A DNA stretch of 64,000 nucleotides. Source: Acidimicrobiia bacterium. GTDB taxonomy: Bacteria > Actinomycetota > Acidimicrobiia > IMCC26256 > JAOSJL01. Positions 17,774 through 26,664 of this stretch are shown here, piece by piece. The notes beneath the pieces are model-generated. The model did no database searches, was not told the origin of the DNA, and saw only the letters and a list, made by a program, of their open reading frames with translations. How positions within the stretch are numbered: the stretch's first letter is position 1; each line of letters opens with the position of its first letter. The DNA is taken from positions 979,178 to 1,043,177 of the forward strand of contig JAWKJA010000002.1 in assembly GCA_041394025.1 (NCBI GenBank), written 5' to 3'. The position numbers and the translations under genes are program-made.

Positions 17774-17980
17774 ATGAGTGTCTACAAGGTCATCGAGTTG
17801 GTCGGGACCAGCGGCGACTCCTGGGAGGACGCTGCATCCAGCGCGATCAGTCTCGCCCGCAAGAGCCTGCGCGACATGCGCGTGGCCGAGGTCGTCGAGC
17901 AGGACATCGATCTGAGCGACGACTCCGTCACGTACCGCACGAAGCTCCGCGTGTCCTTCAAGTACGAGGGCGGCGAGTAG
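17774..17980 (+). CDS. Dodecin-family flavin-binding protein
   Basis: 68 aa from the ATG at 17774. SVYKVIELVGTSGDSWEDAA...YRTKLRVSFKYE matches the dodecin pattern. Confidence 0.75.
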   Translation: MSVYKVIELVGTSGDSWEDAASSAISLARKSLRDMRVAEVVEQDIDLSDDSVTYRTKLRVSFKYEGGE

Positions 17981-18041
17981 CCACCTTGCGCGAGTCGGCA
18001 CCGGCGCGCATCTCGGCCTGGTCAGCACCGGCTCGGGCCGA

Positions 18042-19496
18042 TCAGGTGGTGCCGACGAAGACGTTCTTGATGCGGAGGAACGGGTCGAGGCCGGCCCGGC
18101 CGCCTTCGCGCCCGAAGCCGCTGTCCTTCACACCGCCGAAGGGCGCCGTGGGAGGGAGGTTCGGGAAGGCGTTGACGCCCACGTAGCCCGCCTCGAAGCC
18201 TGCGGCGACGCGGTGCGCCCGCCCGAGGTCGTTCGTGTAGACGAACGCTCCGAGGCCGTAGCGGGTGCTGTTGGCCATCCGTAGCGCCTCCTCCTCGCCG
18301 TCGAAGCGCAACACGGACTGCACGGGGCCGAACACCTCGTTCTGCGCCAGGTGGCTGGCGGGATCGACGTCGGCAAACACGGTCGGCTCCACGAAGGCGC
18401 CGTCGGCCAGATCACCGCCTGGGCGGCCCCCGCCGAGCACGAGGTGCCCGGCGTTCTCGTCGACGGCCCGCTCGATCACGCCGATGATCCGGTCTCGGTG
18501 CTGCGCCGACACGACCGGGCCCATCACCGTCTCGGGATCCAGGGGGTCACCGAGCGCGATGCCGGTGGCGACGTCGACGACCTTCGACAGGACCTCGTCG
18601 TAGATCGGGGCCTCCACCATCAGACGGGTCGGCAGGACGCACCCCTGCCCGGCGGCCGTGATGAGACCGACGCGCACAGCAGTGGCGACGACCGTGTCGA
18701 CGTCGGCGTCCGCGAACGCCACGAGAGCCGACTTCCCACCCAGCTCCAGGACGACCGGCGTGAGGCTCTCGGCCGCCGCGGCCATCACGGCACGTCCCGT
18801 CGCGGGACTGCCGGTGAAGCTGACGGTATCGACACCGGGGTGGGCCACGAGCACCCGACCCGTGTCGGCCGCTCCCGGGATGACGTTCACGACACCCGCC
18901 GGGATGCCCGCTTCGAGGCAGAGCACCCCGAAACGCAGCGCGGCAAAGGGCGCCAGCTCGGAGGGCTTCAACACGACGGCGTTCCCCGCCGCCAGGGCGG
19001 GAGCGACCTTCTGGCCGATCGACGTGATCGGTCCGTTCCAGGGGATCAGCACCGCCACGACACCCACGGGCTCCCGGAGTGTGTAGTCGAGACCCTCCTG
19101 GCCCGGGACAGGAAGGGTCTCGCCGTGGAACTTGTCGATCCATCCGGCGTAGTAGCGCAGATACTCGGCGGCGCGACGACCGCCGGACCCCGTGCCGACG
19201 GGCGAGCCGCTCTCCAAGGCGGCCAACCGCGTCAGTTCCGGGCGCGCCGCATCGATGAGATCGGCGAGCCCGAGCAGGACGTTGCGACGCTCCACCGGAT
19301 CCCACGTGGCCCAGCCGGGTGCAGCGTCACGGGCTGTGGCAACGGCGCGGGAGACGTCGTCGGGTCCAGCCATCGCGAACGACGCCTGGACTCGTCCGGT
19401 AGTGGCGTTCACGTGGTCCATGCTGTCGATACCGGTGGGACGTTCGGCACCGATGAGCAGTGAACCGGAGGGGAATCCCTCGTCGTTGTTGCTCAT
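18042..19496 (-). CDS. NAD(P)-dependent aldehyde dehydrogenase
   Basis: ATG at 19496 overlaps the upstream stop (ATGA). VLELGGKS, FTGSPATG and EVFGPV motifs. 484 aa. Confidence 0.9.
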   Translation of the reverse strand: MSNNDEGFPSGSLLIGAERPTGIDSMDHVNATTGRVQASFAMAGPDDVSRAVATARDAAPGWATWDPVERRNVLLGLADLIDAARPELTRLAALESGSPVGTGSGGRRAAEYLRYYAGWIDKFHGETLPVPGQEGLDYTLREPVGVVAVLIPWNGPITSIGQKVAPALAAGNAVVLKPSELAPFAALRFGVLCLEAGIPAGVVNVIPGAADTGRVLVAHPGVDTVSFTGSPATGRAVMAAAAESLTPVVLELGGKSALVAFADADVDTVVATAVRVGLITAAGQGCVLPTRLMVEAPIYDEVLSKVVDVATGIALGDPLDPETVMGPVVSAQHRDRIIGVIERAVDENAGHLVLGGGRPGGDLADGAFVEPTVFADVDPASHLAQNEVFGPVQSVLRFDGEEEALRMANSTRYGLGAFVYTNDLGRAHRVAAGFEAGYVGVNAFPNLPPTAPFGGVKDSGFGREGGRAGLDPFLRIKNVFVGTT

Positions 19497-20281
19497 CCCA
19501 CGAACACCAGTCCCCCGTCGACGACCAGCACCTGGCCGGTCATGAACTTCGCGTCGTCGGAGCACAGGAACATGAGCGGGCCCGTGAGGTCGTCGGCGCC
19601 GCCGGCGCGGGGCAGGCACTGCTGACGGGTCATGGCCTCGAGCCGGTCACCCGACACGACGCTGAGCGTCGCCTCGTTGGCGATCTGACCGGGAGCGATG
19701 GCGTTGACCCGGATGCCCGACGGACCGAGGTCGCGGGCCATGGCCCGCGTCAGAGCGTTCACCGCTCCCTTCGACGTGGCGTAGTGCGTGACGTTCGGTC
19801 CCCCGAGGTAGGCGCCGACCGACGACTGGTTCACGATGGCTCCCCCACCTCGCTCGGTCATGTGGGGCACGACGGCTCGACTCGCGAGCCACACGCCGGT
19901 CACGTTGACGTTCATCACCGCCGTCCACTCCTCGAGCGTGACATCGGTCATGGTGGCGGGACGCAGGCCGGCCCAGATCGCGGCGTTGTTGACGAGGACG
20001 TCGATGCCACCGCACTCCGAGACCGTGAACTCCGCGAGAGCGGTGACGGCGTCTTCATCGGTGACGTCGACGGCGAACGGGTGGGCCACACCGCCGGCTT
20101 CGCCGATCAGGCGCACGGTCTCGGCGGCTCCGTCGAGCTCCCGGTCGGCGACGACGACGCACGCTCCCGCAGCCGCGAGCGCCTGGGCGTACTCGCGCCC
20201 GATCCCGCGAGCGGCACCGGTGACGATCGCGACCCTGCCGTTGATATCAGCCACGGGAGCACTCGGGTTCCTGAGGGACAT
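19493..20281 (-). CDS. Short-chain dehydrogenase/reductase
   Basis: VTGAARGIG, NNAA and YATSKGAV motifs. The ATG at 20281 overlaps the TetR 3' end by 35 nt; an alternative GTG at 20254 would overlap by 8 nt. Confidence 0.85.
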   Translation of the reverse strand: MSLRNPSAPVADINGRVAIVTGAARGIGREYAQALAAAGACVVVADRELDGAAETVRLIGEAGGVAHPFAVDVTDEDAVTALAEFTVSECGGIDVLVNNAAIWAGLRPATMTDVTLEEWTAVMNVNVTGVWLASRAVVPHMTERGGGAIVNQSSVGAYLGGPNVTHYATSKGAVNALTRAMARDLGPSGIRVNAIAPGQIANEATLSVVSGDRLEAMTRQQCLPRAGGADDLTGPLMFLCSDDAKFMTGQVLVVDGGLVFVG

Positions 20282-20921
20282 CGCCGCGGACCCCCGAGAT
20301 CAGGAGGTCGGCCATGCGGCCCGCCGCGATCTCGACGGGCGGATCGTCGCGACCCGTGACGTACTCCTCGGTCACGCGGCGCACAGCGCCGAGCACCGCG
20401 ACCGCTGTGAACTCGGGGGACTCGCAGGTGGCGTCTTCGGCCTGAAGAGCGTCGGCGATCGCTTCGACCAGGAGCGCCCGCTCGGCAGACTCCACCGACC
20501 GAGCGACCGACCGCGACGGTCCGAGCCCGCGAACGTCGCTGAAGTAGAGGCGGGCGACGTCGGAGAACTCCCCGGCGCCGACCGTGATCATCGTCTCGAC
20601 AGTCGCCCGGAAGCGACGCCACGGATCTCCGTCGTCGATCGCTGCGTCGTCGCAGGCCTGTTCCACACCACGCTCGATCTCGTCGATGTAGCGCGGTCCG
20701 AGGTCCTGCATCACGCGGGCGAAGAGCACGTCCTTGTCGGAGAACAGCCGGTAGAAGGTCCCGACCGGAGCGCCCGAGCGCTCGATGATCTCGTTGATCG
20801 AGACGTCGTAGCCCTCCTCGGCGAAGGTCCTCCGGGCGCTGACGAGGATCTCCGCCTCCCACTCGTCGCGTGGTCGCCGGGCCCGGCGCTCCACGCGTTG
20901 TGGGGGACTCGTGGCGCTCAT
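20247..20921 (-). CDS. TetR family transcriptional regulator, operon-internal
   Basis: 224 aa. HTH: VSINEIIERSGAPVGTFYRLFSDKDVLF. Its start overlaps the upstream amidohydrolase stop (ATGA). Confidence 0.85.
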   Translation of the reverse strand: MSATSPPQRVERRARRPRDEWEAEILVSARRTFAEEGYDVSINEIIERSGAPVGTFYRLFSDKDVLFARVMQDLGPRYIDEIERGVEQACDDAAIDDGDPWRRFRATVETMITVGAGEFSDVARLYFSDVRGLGPSRSVARSVESAERALLVEAIADALQAEDATCESPEFTAVAVLGAVRRVTEEYVTGRDDPPVEIAAGRMADLLISGVRGDVPQEPECSRG

Positions 20922-22033
20922 GCGAGGCCGAACAACGCCTCGGCGTTGCCGTGCGTGATCATCGCGATCTCGTCATCGGGTACACCGGCCAGCGTCTTCG
21001 ACAGGCGCTCCTGGCTGTTCGGCCACGAGGTGTCGGAGTGCGGGTAGTCGCACTCCCACATGATGCGCTCGACGCCGACGTCGTGGCGGTTCCGCAGCCC
21101 GAAGTCCTCGTCGATGAAGCAGACCCAGAAGTTGCGGGCGAACGCCTCCGACGGCCGGATGGCATCAGCGGTCTTCGTGTGGAACTTGTGCTTCTCCCAC
21201 ACGTAGTCCGAGTGCTCCAGCGCGAAGGGCACCCAGCCAATGCCACCTTCCGAGAGCGCGATGCGGATGCCGGGGAACTCTTGCGGGACACGACTGAGGA
21301 TGAGGTCCGTGCAGGCCGACTGCGCGTTCATCGGCGACAGCGCCACGGTCACCGAGAAAGGCGCGTCGTCGGCCGTCTTCGGGATCACGCTGGAGGAGCC
21401 GATGTGCAGGCAGACGACGATGCCGGTGTCCTCACACGCCTTCCAGACAGGGTCCCAGTGGGGCGAGTGGAACGACGGTAGACCCAGCTTGGCGGGGTTC
21501 TCCGAGAACGACACGGCCTTGGCGCCCTTCTCCGCGCACCGACGGAGCTCGGCAGCGAAGTCATCGGGATCCCACAGCATTCCGATGACCTGGGGGATGA
21601 AGCGACCCGGCGCCGCCGCACACCACTCATCGAGCACGAAGTCGTTCCAGGCACGCACACACAGCTCAGCGAGCTCCCGGTCGTCGGCTTCGAGGAACGT
21701 CTGGCCACACGTACGGGGGAACGTCGGGAAGCAGAGGCTGGCGCGGATGCCGTCGGCGTCCATGTCGGCCGCGCGCGCCGCCGGGTCGTAGCAGCCCTCC
21801 CGCATGTCGGCGTAGGTGATGGGGTCCATGCTGAAGTCTTCGGCCTTCTTGCCCGCAGTGGCGAACAACCCGACCGTGGCCAGGCGACGGCCCTCGTACA
21901 CCCACTGCTCGGTACCGTCGTCGTTGGTCTCCACGTGGGGCCCCACGTCCCGGAACTTCTCCGGAAGGCGGTCGCGCCACACATTGGGTGGCTCGAGGAT
22001 GTGGTCGTCGACGCTGATGAGATCGAAGGTCAT
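20918..22033 (-). CDS. Amidohydrolase-2 family protein
   Basis: ATG at 22033 overlaps the P450 stop (ATGA). ISVDDHILEPP N-terminus and IMWECDYPHSD C-terminal motif. 371 aa. Confidence 0.8.
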   Translation of the reverse strand: MTFDLISVDDHILEPPNVWRDRLPEKFRDVGPHVETNDDGTEQWVYEGRRLATVGLFATAGKKAEDFSMDPITYADMREGCYDPAARAADMDADGIRASLCFPTFPRTCGQTFLEADDRELAELCVRAWNDFVLDEWCAAAPGRFIPQVIGMLWDPDDFAAELRRCAEKGAKAVSFSENPAKLGLPSFHSPHWDPVWKACEDTGIVVCLHIGSSSVIPKTADDAPFSVTVALSPMNAQSACTDLILSRVPQEFPGIRIALSEGGIGWVPFALEHSDYVWEKHKFHTKTADAIRPSEAFARNFWVCFIDEDFGLRNRHDVGVERIMWECDYPHSDTSWPNSQERLSKTLAGVPDDEIAMITHGNAEALFGLA

Positions 22034-23220
22034 GGCCGGTCCTTTCGTTCGTAGTCGAGGAGGAGCTGCTGCGGGCCTCGGAACACGTAGGCGGGGATCT
22101 GCTCGATCGTCTGGTCTTCGACGACGTGGAGGTCGGTGAGCCGCGCCACGAGTCGTTCGAGGGCGATGCGGATCTCGGCGCGTGCGAGCGGCGCCCCGAT
22201 GCAGAGGTGCGGGCCGTAGCCGAATGCGAAGTGCCCACGCCGAGGCCGGTCGGGCATGTAGCGATCGACCTGGAATCCGTCGGGGTTGTCGAACACGGCA
22301 GGGTCGCGGTTGGCGGCCCCCATGTGGAGAAGGGCGATTCGGCCTTCGTCGATCTCGCTGTCGTCCAGGTGCACGGGGCATGTGGCGCGTCGTGGCAGCG
22401 CCGTCACGGGCGGGTCGAAGCGCAGCGCCTCCTCCACGACCGACGGGATGACGCTCGGAGCCTGCACGACGCGCTCGCGGGCCGCACAGTCGCCGAACAG
22501 GTGACGCGCCGTGTTGCCGAGCGCGTTGGTGGTCGTCTCGTGTCCGGCCACGACGAGGAGCACGAGCGTGGACGCCGCCTCCCACTCGTCGAGCAGGCCA
22601 TCCTCATCTTCGGCCAGTGCCAGGGCGCTGATGAGATCGTCGGCGGGCGCGGCCACGTTGCGTCGCGCCCGCACCTGCTCGAGCGCCCACTGCTTGAACT
22701 CACGTGCCTGTTCGGAGGTCCCACCCCCGAGGCTCTGGCTGAGCTGTTCGTCGGACCACTCCTTGAACCTCTGCCGGTCCAGCTCGGGCACGCCGAGCAG
22801 TTCCGCCAGGACGATCACGGGCAGGTGGAACCCGAAAGCCGACATGAACTCCACCGGGCCGCTCTCGGGGAACGCATCGATCAGCTCGTCGACGACCTCG
22901 GTGATGCGCGGGTGCAGGGCCTCGACACGCTCGGGGGGAAACGTGCGGTTGAGGATCTTGCGCTGTCGCGTGTGCTCCGGGGGATCGCTCGACACGATCG
23001 AGTAATCGCCGTCGGGCTTGACGTTGTAGCGGCTCGACAGTGAATCGGTGTCGAGGAAGGCCTGGCGACACGCCTCGTGGCGCAGGACCACGTCGATGCC
23101 GGGGTCGTCGGCGCCGAGAGGATCGAAATGGGCGACCGCCGCCTCCCGCCGCAGAGCCGCCAACGCGTTCCAGGGGTCGTCGGGAGGCGTGCGGGGGTCG
23201 TAGGCCTCGGAGTCCGACAT
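22030..23220 (-). CDS. Cytochrome P450
   Basis: FGYGPHLCIGAPLA heme loop, EEALRFD and AGHETT motifs. I prefer the ATG at 23220 (MSDSEAYD) over the track's TTG at 23256, because that TTG is part of a -35-like TTGACG. Confidence 0.9.
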   Translation of the reverse strand: MSDSEAYDPRTPPDDPWNALAALRREAAVAHFDPLGADDPGIDVVLRHEACRQAFLDTDSLSSRYNVKPDGDYSIVSSDPPEHTRQRKILNRTFPPERVEALHPRITEVVDELIDAFPESGPVEFMSAFGFHLPVIVLAELLGVPELDRQRFKEWSDEQLSQSLGGGTSEQAREFKQWALEQVRARRNVAAPADDLISALALAEDEDGLLDEWEAASTLVLLVVAGHETTTNALGNTARHLFGDCAARERVVQAPSVIPSVVEEALRFDPPVTALPRRATCPVHLDDSEIDEGRIALLHMGAANRDPAVFDNPDGFQVDRYMPDRPRRGHFAFGYGPHLCIGAPLARAEIRIALERLVARLTDLHVVEDQTIEQIPAYVFRGPQQLLLDYERKDRP

Positions 23221-23256
23221 CGGAATAAATATTCCAAACTCAGCGGCTCCCGTCAA
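23221..23256 (-). promoter_or_regulatory. Putative promoter for a leaderless P450 transcript, with an embedded palindrome
   Basis: The minus strand reads TTGACG-17 nt-AATATT-TATTCCG-ATG. The -10 region contains the inverted repeat GGAATA-NN-TATTCC (23222-23235). Confidence 0.35.
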
Positions 23257-23304
23257 CCCCGGTGCGTCACCGGAGTCCGGACATGACCCCCCATGGACGC
23301 ATCG

Positions 23305-24474
23305 TCACGGCTCCCCGGTGATCCCGGCGTCGGCCAGCGAGGCGCGCTCGTCGTCGCTGAAGCCCGCCTCGGTGAGGACGGCCCCGGTGTGCTCACCGAC
23401 CTCCGGGAGGCGGTCGCACGCCGGGCGGTCGATCCCGACCTCCCGGACGGGCCAGGCGGGGACTCGCAGTGATGCGCCGTCGGGTGCGGTGACCGTCCGC
23501 ACGACGTCACGCGCCTGCGCTTGCGCCGTGTCGGGGATCTCTTCGGGGCTGTAGATGGGTGACGCCGCCACGTCGGCGCGCACGAACACCTCGGTCCACT
23601 CGTCGCGTGTCCGCGACGCGAAGACGGTCTCCAACGCCGCGCGCAACTTCGCATCCTCGACACCGAAATCGAACTCGGAGCCCTTCGGCGGCTCGGCAAG
23701 GAGATCTTCCCGCCCGATGTCGCGGCAGAAGGCCTCGAAGAAACGCGGCTCGATGGCACAGAACGCGACGCGGTGGCCGTCGGCCGTGTCGTACATCGAA
23801 TAACGCGCCTTGGGGTCACCTCCATGCAGAGGAAGAGCGTCGCTCACGTCGTCGTTCCAGTACGGAGCGCCCAGCATCTGCTGCCAGAAGACACCGGCAT
23901 CGGAACACGAGACGTCGAGCTCCGTTCCTGTACCGGAGCGCTCACGTCGGAACAGCGCCGCCGCGATACCACCGGCGGCGAACACCGGCCCGGCGAGAAC
24001 ACTGATGGGCATCCAGCCGTCGGCGACCGTGCCGTTCGGATTCGAGAAGGCCAGGCCGGCGGCCGCATCGAGGTTCAAGCCGTGGGCCGGCAGTGAGGAG
24101 AGAGGTCCGTCTCGCCCGAAGCCCGACACGTGGGCGACGACGATTCCCGAAGCCGCCAGCTCCGAACCATCGAGACCATCCCGCTCCATCACGCCCGGGC
24201 GGCCCGACTCCACGACCACGTCGAACGAGGTGACGAGGCGTCGCAGCACGTCGACCGATCCGGCAGCGGTGCGGTCGACCGCGACGCTTCGCTTGCCGGC
24301 GTCGAGCGTGGCACCGAGGATGCCGTGGCCGCTCACCAGGGGTGGAACTCGCCGGAGGTAGTCGCCCTCGGGCTGCTCGACCTTCACGACGTCGGCCCCC
24401 ATCGCCGCGAGCGCACCCGCCGTGGCGGCCCCCGGGATGAGCTTCGACAGGTCGAGGACACGCACACCCGCCAT
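23305..24474 (-). CDS. Family III CoA-transferase (CaiB/BaiF-like)
   Basis: ATG at 24474. MAGVRVLDLSKLIPGAATAGALAAMGADVVKVEQPEGDYLR is the family III N-terminal signature. 389 aa. Confidence 0.85.
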   Translation of the reverse strand: MAGVRVLDLSKLIPGAATAGALAAMGADVVKVEQPEGDYLRRVPPLVSGHGILGATLDAGKRSVAVDRTAAGSVDVLRRLVTSFDVVVESGRPGVMERDGLDGSELAASGIVVAHVSGFGRDGPLSSLPAHGLNLDAAAGLAFSNPNGTVADGWMPISVLAGPVFAAGGIAAALFRRERSGTGTELDVSCSDAGVFWQQMLGAPYWNDDVSDALPLHGGDPKARYSMYDTADGHRVAFCAIEPRFFEAFCRDIGREDLLAEPPKGSEFDFGVEDAKLRAALETVFASRTRDEWTEVFVRADVAASPIYSPEEIPDTAQAQARDVVRTVTAPDGASLRVPAWPVREVGIDRPACDRLPEVGEHTGAVLTEAGFSDDERASLADAGITGEP

Positions 24475-24497
24475 GAGTCCGCTCTGAGGCGCGGCAC

Positions 24498-25499
24498 TCA
24501 CGGCGCGCCGTCCATCTCGGCAGCCCACCGCGGCAGCGCGAGCCCGCGGTCGTTGTTCCACAGATGGGTCACGGCCCCACGACGCCCCGGATCGACAACG
24601 GATCGTCCGACCTCGGCCAGCGCCGCTCCCGCATCGCCACGCCTCATCGCCCAGCTCCGGAGACGTCGGCTGTACAGCTGGCAGTCGTACTCCTCTGCGA
24701 AGCCGTAGCCGCCCATCACCTGATGGACGTCGGTAGCGACCTTCCGGGCACCGTGGACGGCCCGCTCGCGAGCGATCGACGCGAAGAGGGCGTCGGGTGC
24801 GCCGTCGCCCCCCTGTTCTGCTCGGGCGACCCACGCGGCCTTGCGGACGAGCAGGCCCGCGCCGTCGACGGCGACGAAGGTGTCGGCGAGGCGGTGGGCA
24901 ACGGCCTGGAAGGAACCGACGGGCTGTCCGAACTGACGCCGCTCCCCCACGTAGTCCACCCCGATGGAGAGGAGACCCTCGGAAGCTCCCACCATCCGGG
25001 CGGCATCGAGCAGGGCGCCGAGGCGACGGATCCGATCGACGTCGTCGGCCGGGATCTCGGCGTCTCCGCGCGGTGGCTCCGGCGCCTCACACAGGAGGTC
25101 GCCGGCCGTTGTGCGGCGGGCAGGCGCCGTGACGTCGACGACGTGGCCCGCTCCCGCGGCGTCCGACACCAACGCCGACCCGACCATCGCCGGAACGAGT
25201 CCGTCGCACCCATCGGCGACACCACGCCGACCGGCGACGGCGGCGGTCGCCGCCGTCTCGACGAACGCCACGGGGGCCAGGGCCCGGCCCAGTTCCCACG
25301 CCGCAGCGGTCAAGGTGGCCGGCTCGAGGGGCAGGTCGTCGAGGCCGAAGTCGTGCAGACGCGCTTCGAGTTCCGGGGCACGGCCGTCGGGCGCCCGCTC
25401 GGCAGCACGCACGACCTCCGACGTGCACTCGGCGTCGAGGATCGCACGCAGCCCGGCTGCGAGGTCTGCGTCGTCGGCGTCCCAGCGCTCGTCGAGCAC
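24498..25499 (-). CDS. Acyl-CoA dehydrogenase-like protein, short partner-type subunit
   Basis: GTG at 25499, 1 nt after the upstream ACAD stop. It keeps the C-terminal ACAD motifs YVGERRQFGQPVGSFQAVAH and QVMGGYGFAEEYD, while the N-terminal half is divergent. 333 aa. Confidence 0.7.
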   Translation of the reverse strand: MLDERWDADDADLAAGLRAILDAECTSEVVRAAERAPDGRAPELEARLHDFGLDDLPLEPATLTAAAWELGRALAPVAFVETAATAAVAGRRGVADGCDGLVPAMVGSALVSDAAGAGHVVDVTAPARRTTAGDLLCEAPEPPRGDAEIPADDVDRIRRLGALLDAARMVGASEGLLSIGVDYVGERRQFGQPVGSFQAVAHRLADTFVAVDGAGLLVRKAAWVARAEQGGDGAPDALFASIARERAVHGARKVATDVHQVMGGYGFAEEYDCQLYSRRLRSWAMRRGDAGAALAEVGRSVVDPGRRGAVTHLWNNDRGLALPRWAAEMDGAP

Positions 25500-25500
25500 G

Positions 25501-26664
25501 TCAGCCCCTCGGCAGTCCGAGGCCGTGAGTGGCAAGCATGTTGCGTTGGATCTCGCTCGTGCCGCCGATGACGGTGTATGCGGTCGTCACCCGCAGCATC
25601 TCCTCCATGTCGGCGGCGAACGGATCCGGAGGTGTCGCATCCGAACGCGGGAAGAGCGCGTCGGATCCCAAGAGGTCGGCGAGCCACTGCGCGAGACGTT
25701 GCGCGAGCTCGGAGCCGTAGACCTTGGCAGCGGAGGCGGCGGCCGTTGCCGCCTCCCCGCGCTCGCCCATGGCGGCCACCTTCATGCCGAGCAGGCGTTC
25801 GACCTCGAGCTCGGCGACGAAACGACCCAGCTCCCCGAGCTGCACACCCGACAGCGTGCCCTCACTCCCCGCGAGGCGATGGATGAAACGCGTCAGCCAC
25901 AACCGTCCCTCGCGACCGCCGAAGCTCATCGAGCGCTCCAGGTCGAGCGCCTGCGACAGAACGTCCCAGCCGGCGCCGACGTCGCCGACGACGTTGCCGG
26001 CCGGCGTCGCGACGTCCTCGAAGGTGCAGAGGTTGACCCGCCACCCGCCCATGACGCGGACAGGCTCGATCGTGACGCCGGGGAGGTCGGTGTCGATCAG
26101 CAGGATCGAGAGCCCGTGGTGGCGCGTCGAGTCGGGGTCGGTGCGGACGACGGCGAAGATCGTGTCGGCGATGTGCGCAGCCGACGTCCAGAGCTTGGAG
26201 CCGTTGACGCGCCACACGTCGCCGTCACGCTCAGCGCGCGTCCGCAGTGCCAGGAGGTCGCTGCCGGCTTCGGGTTCGCTGTAGCCACCGGCGTACATCC
26301 GCGATCCCGACACGATCTGTGGGAGGTGCAGCGCCCGGAGTTCCGGGGAGCCGTGCCGAACGAGCATCCATCCGATCGCCTCGTTGATCTCGACTCCGTA
26401 CATCGGCAGCCCGGCGGTGTCGAGCTCCTCGTGCAGCAGCAGTCGTTGCGTCTCGGTGGCGGGACGGCCGTCGGGTTCGGGCCATCCGAGCCCGATCCAG
26501 CCGCGAGCGCAGAGCTCCTCGTAGAACGACGGCGCGTGGCGCTCGACCTCGAGCTCGGCCATCTCCTCGCGGTAGGCGAGTATGTCTGCGGCACCGAGCG
26601 TGTCGACGAACGAGCGGATCTCGTCGCGCCACGCGCGCTCGTCGTCGTCGAAGCCGAAATTCAC
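25501..26664 (-). CDS. Acyl-CoA dehydrogenase
   Basis: GTG at 26664 overlaps the upstream stop (GTGA). YSEPEAGSDL, WTSAAHIAD and IGGTSEIQRN motifs. 387 aa. Confidence 0.85.
   Translation of the reverse strand: MNFGFDDDERAWRDEIRSFVDTLGAADILAYREEMAELEVERHAPSFYEELCARGWIGLGWPEPDGRPATETQRLLLHEELDTAGLPMYGVEINEAIGWMLVRHGSPELRALHLPQIVSGSRMYAGGYSEPEAGSDLLALRTRAERDGDVWRVNGSKLWTSAAHIADTIFAVVRTDPDSTRHHGLSILLIDTDLPGVTIEPVRVMGGWRVNLCTFEDVATPAGNVVGDVGAGWDVLSQALDLERSMSFGGREGRLWLTRFIHRLAGSEGTLSGVQLGELGRFVAELEVERLLGMKVAAMGERGEAATAAASAAKVYGSELAQRLAQWLADLLGSDALFPRSDATPPDPFAADMEEMLRVTTAYTVIGGTSEIQRNMLATHGLGLPRG

Noticed and set aside
17981-18041. Nested inverted repeats (GGCACC...GGTGCC and CCTGGTC...GATCAGG) between the convergent dodecin and aldehyde dehydrogenase genes, considered as a bidirectional terminator.
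   Set aside because: The stems are short and imperfect with large internal loops. This is plausible but too weak to annotate.
24498-25499. The short ACAD-like gene, considered as a truncated pseudogene.
   Set aside because: The frame is intact and is coupled 1 nt after the upstream ACAD stop, and the C-terminal ACAD motifs are conserved. This matches the known two-gene heteromeric ACAD arrangement better than decay.
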